Of a stretch of 64,000 nucleotides of DNA, positions 45,804 through 54,376 are shown one piece after another. Source of the stretch: an uncultured Duncaniella sp. (GTDB lineage: Bacteria; Bacteroidota; Bacteroidia; Bacteroidales; Muribaculaceae); contig CAJTQR010000004.1 of NCBI GenBank assembly GCA_910578515.1, positions 7,268-71,267 on the forward strand. The letters run 5' to 3'. Each line of letters begins with the position of its first letter. Position 1 is the stretch's first letter. A program made the translations under genes and the position numbers. The notes under the pieces were generated by a model. That model saw only the letters and a list, made by a program, of their open reading frames with translations. It searched no databases and was not told where the DNA came from.

Positions 45804-46958
45804 TCAGAGCACTTTTTTGTAGAGTGCCACGATATCGTCGAGGGTTACTTCGCGAGGGTTACCGGGTGTGCAGACGTCGGCAAGAGCCTGCTCTGCGAGA
45901 CGTGGAATATCAGCTTCTGTGATACCAAGGTCGGTAAGATGCTGTGGGATTTCAACCTTGATTGAGAGTGCCTTCACAGCTTCGCAAGCGGCGCGTGATG
46001 CTTCCTCGCGAGTCATACCGGTGGTGTCAACACCCATCGCACGGGCTATTTCCGGATACTTGTCAAGACAGCATTCCATGTTGAATTCCATCACTGTGGG
46101 GAGAAGCAGTGCATTAGCGACACCGTGAGGTATATCGAAAAGAGAACCGAGAGGATGAGCCATACCGTGTACAAGTCCGAGACCCACATTGGAGAATGCC
46201 ATACCGGCGATATACTGAGCAACAGCCATACCGTTGCGGGCGTCAGCATTCTTGGGTTCGGCAACTGCCACAGGCAGATACTTGCTTATCATGCGTACCG
46301 CCTCAATCTCAAACATGTCAGACATTTCCCAGGCACCTTTGGTGATATAACCTTCGATAGCATGGGTGAGGGCATCCATACCGGTAGCCGCTGTAAGGCT
46401 CTTGGGAAGGCTGTACATGAGCTCGGCATCAATAATTGCCACGGCAGGGATGTCATTGGGGTCGACACACACCATCTTTTTCTGCTTATCCTCATCGATA
46501 ATCACATAGTTGATGGTGGTTTCGGCTGCTGTTCCGGCAGTGGTCGGAACAGCTATGATGGGCACACTCTTATGACGGGTGGGGGCGCAACCTTCCAGCG
46601 AGACAATATCGTCAAACTCAGGGTTGTTAACCACAATGCCGATACCTTTCGCAGTGTCGATGGATGAACCGCCACCGATAGCCACGATGAAATCAGCACC
46701 CGATTTCTTGTAAGCCTCGATACCGTTCTTGACATTGGTCACGGTAGGGTTAGGCTTAACATCGCTGAATATTTCGTAGGGGATTCCCGCTTCGTCAAGC
46801 ACATCGGTCACCATCTTGGCAACACCAAACTTAATCAGACCGGGGTCGGTCACCACCAGAGCCTTATTTTTACCAAGTTGCTTCACTGCTTCGGGAAGCT
46901 GTTTTCTTGCACCGGGTCCGAAGTAGGACACCTCATTAAGAATGAAACGATTAATCAT
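45804..46958 (-). CDS. fucO: lactaldehyde reductase (L-1,2-propanediol oxidoreductase)
   Basis: Collinear with my recall of E. coli FucO along its length: NRFILNE..YFG.GA, IAIGGGS..DT.K, AVPTTAGTAAE.TINYVI.DE.K..K.VCVDP.DIP, GLGLVHGMAHPLG, PHGVANA.LLP, CT.GNPRE.TL.DIV.LY. Confidence 0.92.
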   Translation of the reverse strand: MINRFILNEVSYFGPGARKQLPEAVKQLGKNKALVVTDPGLIKFGVAKMVTDVLDEAGIPYEIFSDVKPNPTVTNVKNGIEAYKKSGADFIVAIGGGSSIDTAKGIGIVVNNPEFDDIVSLEGCAPTRHKSVPIIAVPTTAGTAAETTINYVIIDEDKQKKMVCVDPNDIPAVAIIDAELMYSLPKSLTAATGMDALTHAIEGYITKGAWEMSDMFEIEAVRMISKYLPVAVAEPKNADARNGMAVAQYIAGMAFSNVGLGLVHGMAHPLGSLFDIPHGVANALLLPTVMEFNMECCLDKYPEIARAMGVDTTGMTREEASRAACEAVKALSIKVEIPQHLTDLGITEADIPRLAEQALADVCTPGNPREVTLDDIVALYKKVL

Positions 46959-47017
46959 ATTTTACGGTATTAGGTAATCTTATCATCTATTTGCCACATT
47001 GCATGAACCATGGAAAA

Positions 47018-47025
47018 TAGCTGCG
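47018..47025 (-). promoter_or_regulatory. putative -7 box (TATCTTTG on minus strand)
   Basis: Plus strand CAAAGATA, 60 nt upstream of the fucO ATG. Confidence 0.4.
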
Positions 47026-47109
47026 GCAAAGATACGACAAAATCTCAAAAACGCAAAGAATTGCGGAAACAGGAGACCACATCTACCGGGCAGACTCACT
47101 TCGCACCCT

Positions 47110-48636
47110 CTATTTGTCGCTCAATTGTGACGGAAAGCCGGGTTTCACCGGTATACGTTCCGAATCCATTGCCGCGTTATAGGCGAGCCATGCCACTATG
47201 GCGGCATTGACTTTCAAATCATCTATCGACAGGCGTTCGTAAGTATCCATTGTAGTATGATAGGTGCGGAAATAGTCGAGCGGGTCCTGGATAAACTGAT
47301 AGGCCGGCAGTCCGAGACGTGAGAAATTGACATGGTCAGTACTACCGACCTTGGTGGGTGACAGAGTGTCGAATCCGAGAGAGACAAACGGTTTTTTCCA
47401 TGTTTCGAAGAAAGGAAAAGCCATATCATTCTCCTCTAAATACACACCACGGAAACGTCCGGAACCGAAGTCCATGTTAAGATAAAGTGCAAAATCATCA
47501 TAACCGGGTTTCACTTTCTTTGACTCACCGTCAAAGAGATAATTGTCCACATACCCGCGTGAGCCATAGAGCCCCTGCTCTTCCCCACCCCATAGAGCCA
47601 GACGGATGGTGCGACGGGGTGACACTCCGAGCTCCTTGAGAATACGCATTGCCTCAATCATGGTTATGCACCCCGAAGCATTGTCGGCGCCACCTGTTCC
47701 GCCATGCCATGAGTCGAGATGGGCACCTATCAGCACCACCTCATTTTTGAGTTTTGGGTCACTGCCGGGAATCTCGGCTATTACATTATTAATCCGTTGG
47801 TTGTCGGTAAACTGATTTCTGATATCAAGTTCCATCTCGACCTTTTCACCACTGTTTACCAGACGCACCATTCGTCCGTGGTCCTCAATTGGCAGCACTA
47901 TCTGTGGCAACGGCTCCTTATCCCCCACTTTGTATGCCACGCCTCGTGAGCCGGGAATATTGAATGTACCGTCCCCGGTCACCACCGCAATCACCTGCTC
48001 GGCGGCAAGCATGGAGTCAATCGCCTGCTGGAGTGTACGGTCATAACTACCGCGCGACCATGAGCGGCTTGAGGGACGCTTATCCTTGGTCATCTCACTG
48101 AGCTGTTCATCTGTATAGCGGCTTGCCATGGGGCGGAACGACAGCTCATACTTGCGCTGCTCAGGCATCAGAGCTATTTTTCCGGCAAGTTTCCCCTCAT
48201 ACTTCGAAAGTTCCGACAGATTCTTGACATCTACCACCACGCACTCACCCTTTACCAACCCTGCGGTGCTACCTGACCACGCTTTGGGATTGGCGGCAAA
48301 ACTGCAATAGTAAGGTGCTGTCATAGCCACATAATTCTTGAGATTATCCCAACCACCCTTCGTAAATTCCGTGGCAAATTCCACTCTCGGGTTCGTGAGT
48401 CCAAGCTCATTAAGCTTATCAACCACCATCTCCTCAGCCCGCAACTTCATCTGTGAGGCTGCCAGACGTCCTCCCAGACGGTCTGTCATAAACTGAGCTA
48501 TCTCCTCAACTTTAGAATTATTGAACGCTTCATTCTTTACCTTATAGGCAATCTCATCCGGTTGGCATGTCTGCGCATATCCGGTCACCGCCATGCCGAG
48601 AGCCACAGTCAGTGCGATAAATTTATTAGGTTTCAT
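47110..48636 (-). CDS. M28-family aminopeptidase with a PA domain
   Basis: The ORF-track first codon is TTG; ATG at 48636. Signal peptide. VLIGAHLDSWHGGTGGADNASG and LWGGEEQGLYGS are metal-ligand motifs. Confidence 0.85.
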   Translation of the reverse strand: MKPNKFIALTVALGMAVTGYAQTCQPDEIAYKVKNEAFNNSKVEEIAQFMTDRLGGRLAASQMKLRAEEMVVDKLNELGLTNPRVEFATEFTKGGWDNLKNYVAMTAPYYCSFAANPKAWSGSTAGLVKGECVVVDVKNLSELSKYEGKLAGKIALMPEQRKYELSFRPMASRYTDEQLSEMTKDKRPSSRSWSRGSYDRTLQQAIDSMLAAEQVIAVVTGDGTFNIPGSRGVAYKVGDKEPLPQIVLPIEDHGRMVRLVNSGEKVEMELDIRNQFTDNQRINNVIAEIPGSDPKLKNEVVLIGAHLDSWHGGTGGADNASGCITMIEAMRILKELGVSPRRTIRLALWGGEEQGLYGSRGYVDNYLFDGESKKVKPGYDDFALYLNMDFGSGRFRGVYLEENDMAFPFFETWKKPFVSLGFDTLSPTKVGSTDHVNFSRLGLPAYQFIQDPLDYFRTYHTTMDTYERLSIDDLKVNAAIVAWLAYNAAMDSERIPVKPGFPSQLSDK

Positions 48637-48687
48637 CAATGTGATAGATTAGTTACTTAATTCTTACGGACCGTTTGGTCCCGGGGG

Positions 48688-48695
48688 CAAATTTA
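48688..48695 (-). promoter_or_regulatory. putative -7 box (TAAATTTG on minus strand)
   Basis: Plus strand CAAATTTA, upstream of the M28 gene. Confidence 0.4.
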
Positions 48696-48858
48696 AGCAA
48701 AGCTACCGAGATTTCCTTATCTTTTTCACTGCTAACAGTTCAAAAAATTCCGTTATTCACCTCGCACCGCTAAAAATCCACAACATTGCCTCCCAATCTG
48801 ACCAGATATCTCTCTACCGGGAAAATACTTTTAGACGGTCGTGTTTAATAACACACTC

Positions 48859-49332
48859 TTAAAGTTCGAGATGAAACAATAGCGATTCCCTGTCAAGATA
48901 ATCATATCGTATGGGTAAGTCCGATTTGCCAATCTGCTTGAATCCGGCACGTACATAAAAAGCATGGGCTTTCTTAGCCACTGATGGTGTATCGAGTATC
49001 ATGTGCCGGAAACCATTGGTATTGGCAAAATCAAGCAAACGGGTATAAAGCGCCAACCCAACTTTCTGAGAACGATAGTCGGAACGGACGAAAAATTTTT
49101 TCAACACGCACCAATCGTCATTTATTTTCATCAATGCCACAGTGCCCACCACATGACCGTCATCAACAGCCAGCCAGAAGTTTCCGCCACGGTTGATATA
49201 TGATTCAGTGATATCAAGCAAATCCGGTTGACCTTCCAAAGGCATATTCACCTTCGCCTCATCATTCTGAATATGCAAAATGAGATTTATAGCCTCATCC
49301 TTGAATTCATCCCTGTACTGAATTATTTCCAT
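48859..49332 (-). CDS. GNAT-family N-acetyltransferase
   Basis: 157 aa. The RSQKVGLALYTRLLDFA acetyl-CoA motif A-like segment. Follows the MarR gene by 20 nt. Confidence 0.85.
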   Translation of the reverse strand: MEIIQYRDEFKDEAINLILHIQNDEAKVNMPLEGQPDLLDITESYINRGGNFWLAVDDGHVVGTVALMKINDDWCVLKKFFVRSDYRSQKVGLALYTRLLDFANTNGFRHMILDTPSVAKKAHAFYVRAGFKQIGKSDLPIRYDYLDRESLLFHLEL

Positions 49333-49352
49333 TATATTGAAACCTGTCCTTT

Positions 49353-49790
49353 TTATTTATAATTCCTTTTAACAAGAAGCCTTGAAATCGCCTCCATGTG
49401 AGATATTAACGATAGTTGCTCATCCTCTGTCAATCCTCCATATATATCCCTCACTGATGTATCAGCCGATTCATTCAGCTCATGATATATCACGACTCCG
49501 CTTTCGGTAAGCGAAATCACATCTCTACGACCGTCAACCTCTGAAGTGGTGCGACATATATATCCCTGCTGCTCCAGTTTTTTCAGTATTCTTGATAGAT
49601 ACCCTTTATCCATATTTAATTCCACACATATCTCCTTGGCACTTCTATCCAGATGAAGAAATATATCCTGAATCACCCGAATCTCAGGCAGACAGAATGA
49701 GCTCCCCATATACCTGCGGTTCAATACGCCAAGCAATCTTGTATAAAATCTATTGAACGACCTTATTTTATCAATATGTTTCTGTTTCAT
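49353..49790 (-). CDS. MarR-family transcriptional regulator
   Basis: 145 aa. Winged-helix pattern LNMDKGYLSRILKKLEQQGYICRTTSEVDGRRDVISLTESG. Confidence 0.88.
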   Translation of the reverse strand: MKQKHIDKIRSFNRFYTRLLGVLNRRYMGSSFCLPEIRVIQDIFLHLDRSAKEICVELNMDKGYLSRILKKLEQQGYICRTTSEVDGRRDVISLTESGVVIYHELNESADTSVRDIYGGLTEDEQLSLISHMEAISRLLVKRNYK

Positions 49791-49800
49791 GCCGCAAAAT

Positions 49801-49837
49801 TATAAATAATAGTTGACAAAATCAACTATTATTTATA
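49801..49837. promoter_or_regulatory. perfect 16-bp inverted repeat with a 5-bp spacer; candidate MarR operator
   Basis: tataaataatagttga-caaaa-tcaactattatttata, starting 11 nt upstream of the marR ATG. Confidence 0.6.
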
Positions 49838-49839
49838 AT

Positions 49840-49887
49840 AAAAATCTGCACGGACTCAGACTGAAATCCAAATCCGTGCAGATTTTT
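49840..49887 (-). terminator. rho-independent terminator of the rubredoxin gene (bidirectional shape)
   Basis: aaaaatctgcacgga ... tccgtgcagattttt: 10-bp GC-containing stem flanked by A5 and T5. Confidence 0.7.
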
Positions 49888-49955
49888 ATTGGGACATAGG
49901 GTAGTTAACCCTCTGTATATCTTCAATTCATGTAATTTCCAACAGTCATTGGAAA

Positions 49956-50120
49956 TTAGTCCTTAACCGGTGCAAACTGGTCCTTGCCAACACCGCAGAG
50001 AGGACATACCCAATCATCGGGAATATCTTCAAATGCTGTACCCGGCTCAATGCCATGTTCGGGGTCGCCTACTTCGGGGTCATATACCCAATCACAAACT
50101 TCGCAGATGTATTTTTCCAT
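49956..50120 (-). CDS. rubredoxin (54 aa; absent from the supplied ORF track, apparently because it is under 60 aa)
   Basis: Hand translation: [54 protein letters not shown]. CxxC...CPxCG is the rubredoxin iron site. Confidence 0.92.
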   Translation of the reverse strand: MEKYICEVCDWVYDPEVGDPEHGIEPGTAFEDIPDDWVCPLCGVGKDQFAPVKD

Positions 50121-50170
50121 AATTCTGTAATTTTTTATATTGTATTAAATATTGTTGATGTTCAACGCTG

Positions 50171-50500
50171 TCACGCCTTGATTTTTGTTAGCATAACCTT
50201 TGAGTCTGTTTTAGCAATAACGCTGTGAGGCACATTGGCTCCCATGAGCAGGAAAGCTCCGGCACGCATGGTGTGGGGTGTGCCGAGCATGGTAAATTCA
50301 ATTTCGCCATCCACCACATATACCATCACCTCGGCAGGAGCCACATGCTCCGAAAGCGACTGTCCCGACTTGAACGCCACCAGCGATACTCCACCATGTG
50401 AATTTTCAAATATGCTTTTAAAATTAACTTTATCAGCCCCGGTTTCAATCTGGGCGGAGAGGTCGTGAACCTCTCCAAACTTATATTCCGTCTGAAGCAT
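50171..50500 (-). CDS. cupin-domain protein
   Basis: 109 aa. The G.SLSEHVAP...VYVVDGEIEF...PH pattern fits a cupin barrel. Confidence 0.8.
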   Translation of the reverse strand: MLQTEYKFGEVHDLSAQIETGADKVNFKSIFENSHGGVSLVAFKSGQSLSEHVAPAEVMVYVVDGEIEFTMLGTPHTMRAGAFLLMGANVPHSVIAKTDSKVMLTKIKA

Positions 50501-50681
50501 AGTAAACGAGTTATTTTTAATTAATAATTAAAATATTCCGTGATAAAGGTATAACAGAATATATAACAGAAATGTTTTGCCACTCTGCCAACATCACTTC
50601 AAGTATCATCAGCAAGAGAGCTATTTCATGAAAAAACATTATCTTTGCGACCATATATCACAGACCTTCACCCCCAACGAT

Positions 50682-52070
50682 ATGAATAAAATCCAGCAAT
50701 TGATTCTACTCCTGACCGCCACTCTCCTCTGCCTGCTTTTGCCGGCGTGCATGAGCAATGAGGACAAGGTGCGCGGGCAACTGAAGAAAGCGTCCGAGCT
50801 AAAGGCTTCTGACAGTGACAACGAGAGGCTGGCAATAATGCTTGAGATTGATGACAACCTTGACCCCGCTCTATCGCCCGAACTGAAATGGGAAGTAGCA
50901 TCTACGCTCGGAGATATATATTATACCAAATACCAATACCGTAAAGCTCACAAATACCTGACACGCGCCGTGGACTACGGCAGAGAGTGTGATGATAAAC
51001 ACAACCTCGGAATAGCTCTATGGAACCTTGCATTGGTGGTAAACGATACCGATTCACTGACACAGATATTGTCGGAATGCCGTGACGTGAACCGGTTGGT
51101 TGGAAATCTCCACATTGAAAACCGTGCCCGCATCCATCTGTCGAGATTCGCAGCGCTCAGAAATGATTTAGTACAAGCCCGGTTGATATACGACAGCATC
51201 ATCGCCTCGGCTCACAACGACAAATTTATCGACGTTGAATCAAAGATACTCCTCGCCGACATAAGCATCATTGAGAAAAATTACCCTGAAGCCACAGCCA
51301 TAATCAACGGGATGGCGCCTGAGCGTCTCTCGCTCGACGGAAAAGTGATACGCTACACACGGTTGATGCACCTCATGAAAAGCCAGGGAAAGTATGAGCA
51401 GGCTCTCCTCTACTCCGATTCACTGGCAATCTACCGTGACTCCATAAACTTAATCACACTCTCCGACCAGACTTCAAGAATAGAAAACGGATACGCTGCA
51501 CGTATAGTGCGCGAACAGGGTCAGCGCACCATCGCCATAGCTATCGGTATATGCGTGACTCTGCTCCTATCTGCCATAATATTTTTCCTTGCCAGACAAC
51601 GCAAACTGAAATCACGCCAGCTGTCACTTGTGAAGAAAATCTCCTCACTCAATCTAAAATTATCGGAACTTGCAACCGGAAACGGACTGCATGAGCAACC
51701 TGTAGCAGAGATGGAAAAATCGGTAGCTGAAAAATTCCGACTGAACAGGGAGTTTTTCCGGACTCTTCCGCAATATTCCACCCTCCGACAGCTCAATTTG
51801 CTTCGGAACTCCGATGAAATTGACCGTCAGAAAGTCAAGGATATTCTCGACGCGGTGATAGGTCAGTTTGCCGACGCGTGTACCAATCTCAGCCAACTGT
51901 TCCCGGCACTTACCATGGAAGATTCCCTGTACTGCGCCATCATCTATGCCGGATTCACCAAAGAGGTGGCATCGGTGGCATTTAAGGCAAGTGAAGAAGC
52001 CTTGCGTCGTCGCAAGAGCAGAATCAAACAGAAACTCACCCCCGGAATGTTCGAATTCATATTCGGCTGA
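50682..52070 (+). CDS. membrane-spanning regulator: signal/lipobox + TPR-like periplasmic region + one TM + coiled coil + LuxR/GerE-type HTH
   Basis: The ORF-track start at 50577 is TTG. The ATG at 50682 gives MNKIQQLILLLTATLLCLLLPAC; the ATG at 50628 is an alternative. TM segment TIAIAIGICVTLLLSAIIFFLA. C-terminal LTMEDSLYCAIIYAGFTKEVASVAFKASEEALRRRKSRIKQKL. Confidence 0.65.
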   Translation: MNKIQQLILLLTATLLCLLLPACMSNEDKVRGQLKKASELKASDSDNERLAIMLEIDDNLDPALSPELKWEVASTLGDIYYTKYQYRKAHKYLTRAVDYGRECDDKHNLGIALWNLALVVNDTDSLTQILSECRDVNRLVGNLHIENRARIHLSRFAALRNDLVQARLIYDSIIASAHNDKFIDVESKILLADISIIEKNYPEATAIINGMAPERLSLDGKVIRYTRLMHLMKSQGKYEQALLYSDSLAIYRDSINLITLSDQTSRIENGYAARIVREQGQRTIAIAIGICVTLLLSAIIFFLARQRKLKSRQLSLVKKISSLNLKLSELATGNGLHEQPVAEMEKSVAEKFRLNREFFRTLPQYSTLRQLNLLRNSDEIDRQKVKDILDAVIGQFADACTNLSQLFPALTMEDSLYCAIIYAGFTKEVASVAFKASEEALRRRKSRIKQKLTPGMFEFIFG

Positions 52071-52105
52071 CACATCCTGAAAATCTGTAAAAACCACTTA
52101 CCGAG

Positions 52106-52150
52106 CGGGACAATAGTGTGACAATACAATGGTGTCACACTATTGTCCCG
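52106..52150 (+). terminator. 18-bp perfect-stem hairpin after the regulator gene (terminator and/or operator)
   Basis: cgggacaatagtgtgaca-atacaatgg-tgtcacactattgtcccg. No T-run. Sits 33 nt upstream of the next -7 box. Confidence 0.5.
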
Positions 52151-52182
52151 CCTGACATATAGCCTGTTAGGATGACGCCTCG

Positions 52183-52190
52183 TAATTTTG
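52183..52190 (+). promoter_or_regulatory. putative -7 box (TAATTTTG)
   Basis: 20 nt before the ATG at 52211. This supports 52211 rather than 52172 as the start. Confidence 0.45.
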
Positions 52191-52210
52191 CAAAAAACAC
52201 TACAAGCTAT

Positions 52211-54298
52211 ATGAAACGTCAACTACTCTTTGCTTCAATTCTCACCGCATGTGCAATAAATGCACTCGCCGACACTCCTACCGATTCAATCACTCTCGAT
52301 GAGACTCTCGGCGAGGTGACAGTCACAGCCCAACGCAAATATGTGCGTCCTACCCCGCGAGGGCTCAAAATCTCGATGACCGGCAATCCGCTATCGAAAA
52401 TCGGAAGCGCCGTGGATGCCATAAAACAAATGCCCATGATTGATGCGTCCGACGGAGGCATCACAGTGCTTGGAAAGGGGGCACCGTTAATCTACATCAA
52501 CGGCCGACGCATGCGCGACAGTTCCGAATTGGAGATGCTCACATCCGAGGAGCTACGGACTGTAGAAATCATCACCAATCCATCGTCGAAGTACGGGAGC
52601 GATGTCACATCAGTGATTCTTATTAAAACCCGTGGGAAAGATGCCGGCTTTTATGCCAATGGAGCAGCATCTGTCACAGCATCTGAAAAATGGTCGGAGT
52701 CAGGACAATTGAATTTGAATTATCATACCGAAAACGGGGTTACAATCTTTGGTGACATATCCTACGGGAACAACGGTTTCAAGCAGGAACGTGACTATAA
52801 GGAGCTATTCTCCACCAATGGAAAACTGCCGCTCGACCACATCACCCGCACATTTGCCACTGCAAAGCAACGACGCGAATCACTCACTGCTGATGGTGGC
52901 ATCAACTATGAGTCAGGCAAAAATTCGGTCGGCGTGAAGTATACCTACTCCCGCACACCCTCAAGCCATTTTTCATATCAAGCCCAATCTCTCACCGACC
53001 TGAGAGAGCCCGGAGAAATATCCTCGTCCAACAATCTTAATTCCCAATCCTACCGCCATTACCTGAACGGTTACGCGGAGCTGGCTCTCCCTGCCGGAAT
53101 AGGTCTGCGCGTCGACATGGACTATATCACCGGGAAAAATACCGGAAGAGATTTCACATCGGAGATAGAAACGGGAAACATGATTGAAAACACAAACCGC
53201 ACCACCTCCGACCTATTCGCCGGGAGAATCGAGCTGCAAAAGGAATTTGGAAAATGGGAACTGAATGCCGGCACTGATTACACCTACACCGACAATGACC
53301 AGCGGTTCAACTCTCTCACTTCAGCGGGTAACCAGATGTTGCGACCTGCCACCGACAGGGTGATTCAGCATCTCTACTCCACCTATCTCTCAGCCAACCT
53401 CAACCTCAATGAACATTGGTCACTGAGCGCCGGAATAAGATATGAGGACACACATATACGCTATTTACGCAACGGCATCAAAGAGCCCGCTCTATCAAAA
53501 GGGTATAATGACCTGCACCCCAACTTTGGCATCACCTTCTCATCGCCCGTCACTCTGTCGGTCTACTACAAAGCGGTGACTTATCGACCGGCCTACTCCT
53601 CGCTCGACAATAATTTCGTGTACGTCACTCCCACCCTTTGGGAAACGGGAAATCCGGAATTAAGGTCAATGAAATCGCAGGAGATAAGCATGTCGCTATC
53701 CTACGAAAAATTCATGCTGCTTGTCAACGGCACACATTACAAACGCAAAATCGGTACCGTCTATGCATTCGACCCCGACATACATTCCAATATCAACTAT
53801 ACTGTCAATCTGCCATCCTACAGCAATCTCCAGATTGTGGCAATTCAAAATTTCGATATAAAATTCTGGCATCCCACCTTGCAGGGATTGCTTTACATGC
53901 AGAATCTGAAATACGGTGTGCCCGAAAGGAAATACACCACCCCTCTATATCGTGTCATCATCAACAACCGTTTCGACATTCCGGGAGGTGTCTACGGATA
54001 TTTGTCATTCCATCTGCTTGGAAAAGGTAATATCGAGACTCAATACAGCGGCGGAATGTGGCAGGGAGCCATCACCGTGAGCAAAAGCTACCGTAACTGG
54101 AACTTTTCACTAAGCGCCAACGATATATTCGGCAGCTGGAAACAGAAATTTGACACGTTCACCAACACGGTCAGCTATAGTTCCCGCATAGAGGGTGCTT
54201 CGCAATCCGTTTCGCTTACCGTGCGCTATAAACTCAATACTAAAAAGGGTAATTACAACGGCAAGACCGTGCGCGAGGATGAAATCAACCGACTATAG
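52211..54298 (+). CDS. outer-membrane beta-barrel family protein (TonB-dependent-receptor-like plug + barrel)
   Basis: MKRQLLFASILTACAINALA signal. Plug-like LGEVTVTAQRK...AIKQMPMIDASDGGITVLGKGAPLIYINGRR. Barrel ending ...LTVRYKLN. Confidence 0.75.
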   Translation: MKRQLLFASILTACAINALADTPTDSITLDETLGEVTVTAQRKYVRPTPRGLKISMTGNPLSKIGSAVDAIKQMPMIDASDGGITVLGKGAPLIYINGRRMRDSSELEMLTSEELRTVEIITNPSSKYGSDVTSVILIKTRGKDAGFYANGAASVTASEKWSESGQLNLNYHTENGVTIFGDISYGNNGFKQERDYKELFSTNGKLPLDHITRTFATAKQRRESLTADGGINYESGKNSVGVKYTYSRTPSSHFSYQAQSLTDLREPGEISSSNNLNSQSYRHYLNGYAELALPAGIGLRVDMDYITGKNTGRDFTSEIETGNMIENTNRTTSDLFAGRIELQKEFGKWELNAGTDYTYTDNDQRFNSLTSAGNQMLRPATDRVIQHLYSTYLSANLNLNEHWSLSAGIRYEDTHIRYLRNGIKEPALSKGYNDLHPNFGITFSSPVTLSVYYKAVTYRPAYSSLDNNFVYVTPTLWETGNPELRSMKSQEISMSLSYEKFMLLVNGTHYKRKIGTVYAFDPDIHSNINYTVNLPSYSNLQIVAIQNFDIKFWHPTLQGLLYMQNLKYGVPERKYTTPLYRVIINNRFDIPGGVYGYLSFHLLGKGNIETQYSGGMWQGAITVSKSYRNWNFSLSANDIFGSWKQKFDTFTNTVSYSSRIEGASQSVSLTVRYKLNTKKGNYNGKTVREDEINRL

Positions 54299-54376
54299 TG
54301 AAAAAATCCATAATGATGCGGCAATGAGGAAAGAAAACGGTATTTTTGCACTGTCGAATCACAAATCTACCCTACC

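Noticed and set aside
48859-49790. MarR + GNAT pair as a GNAT-toxin/antitoxin module
   Set aside because: GNAT toxins pair with small RHH or Xre antitoxins, usually with overlapping genes. Here the partner is a full-length MarR with its own operator, which is the common regulator-plus-acetyltransferase arrangement.
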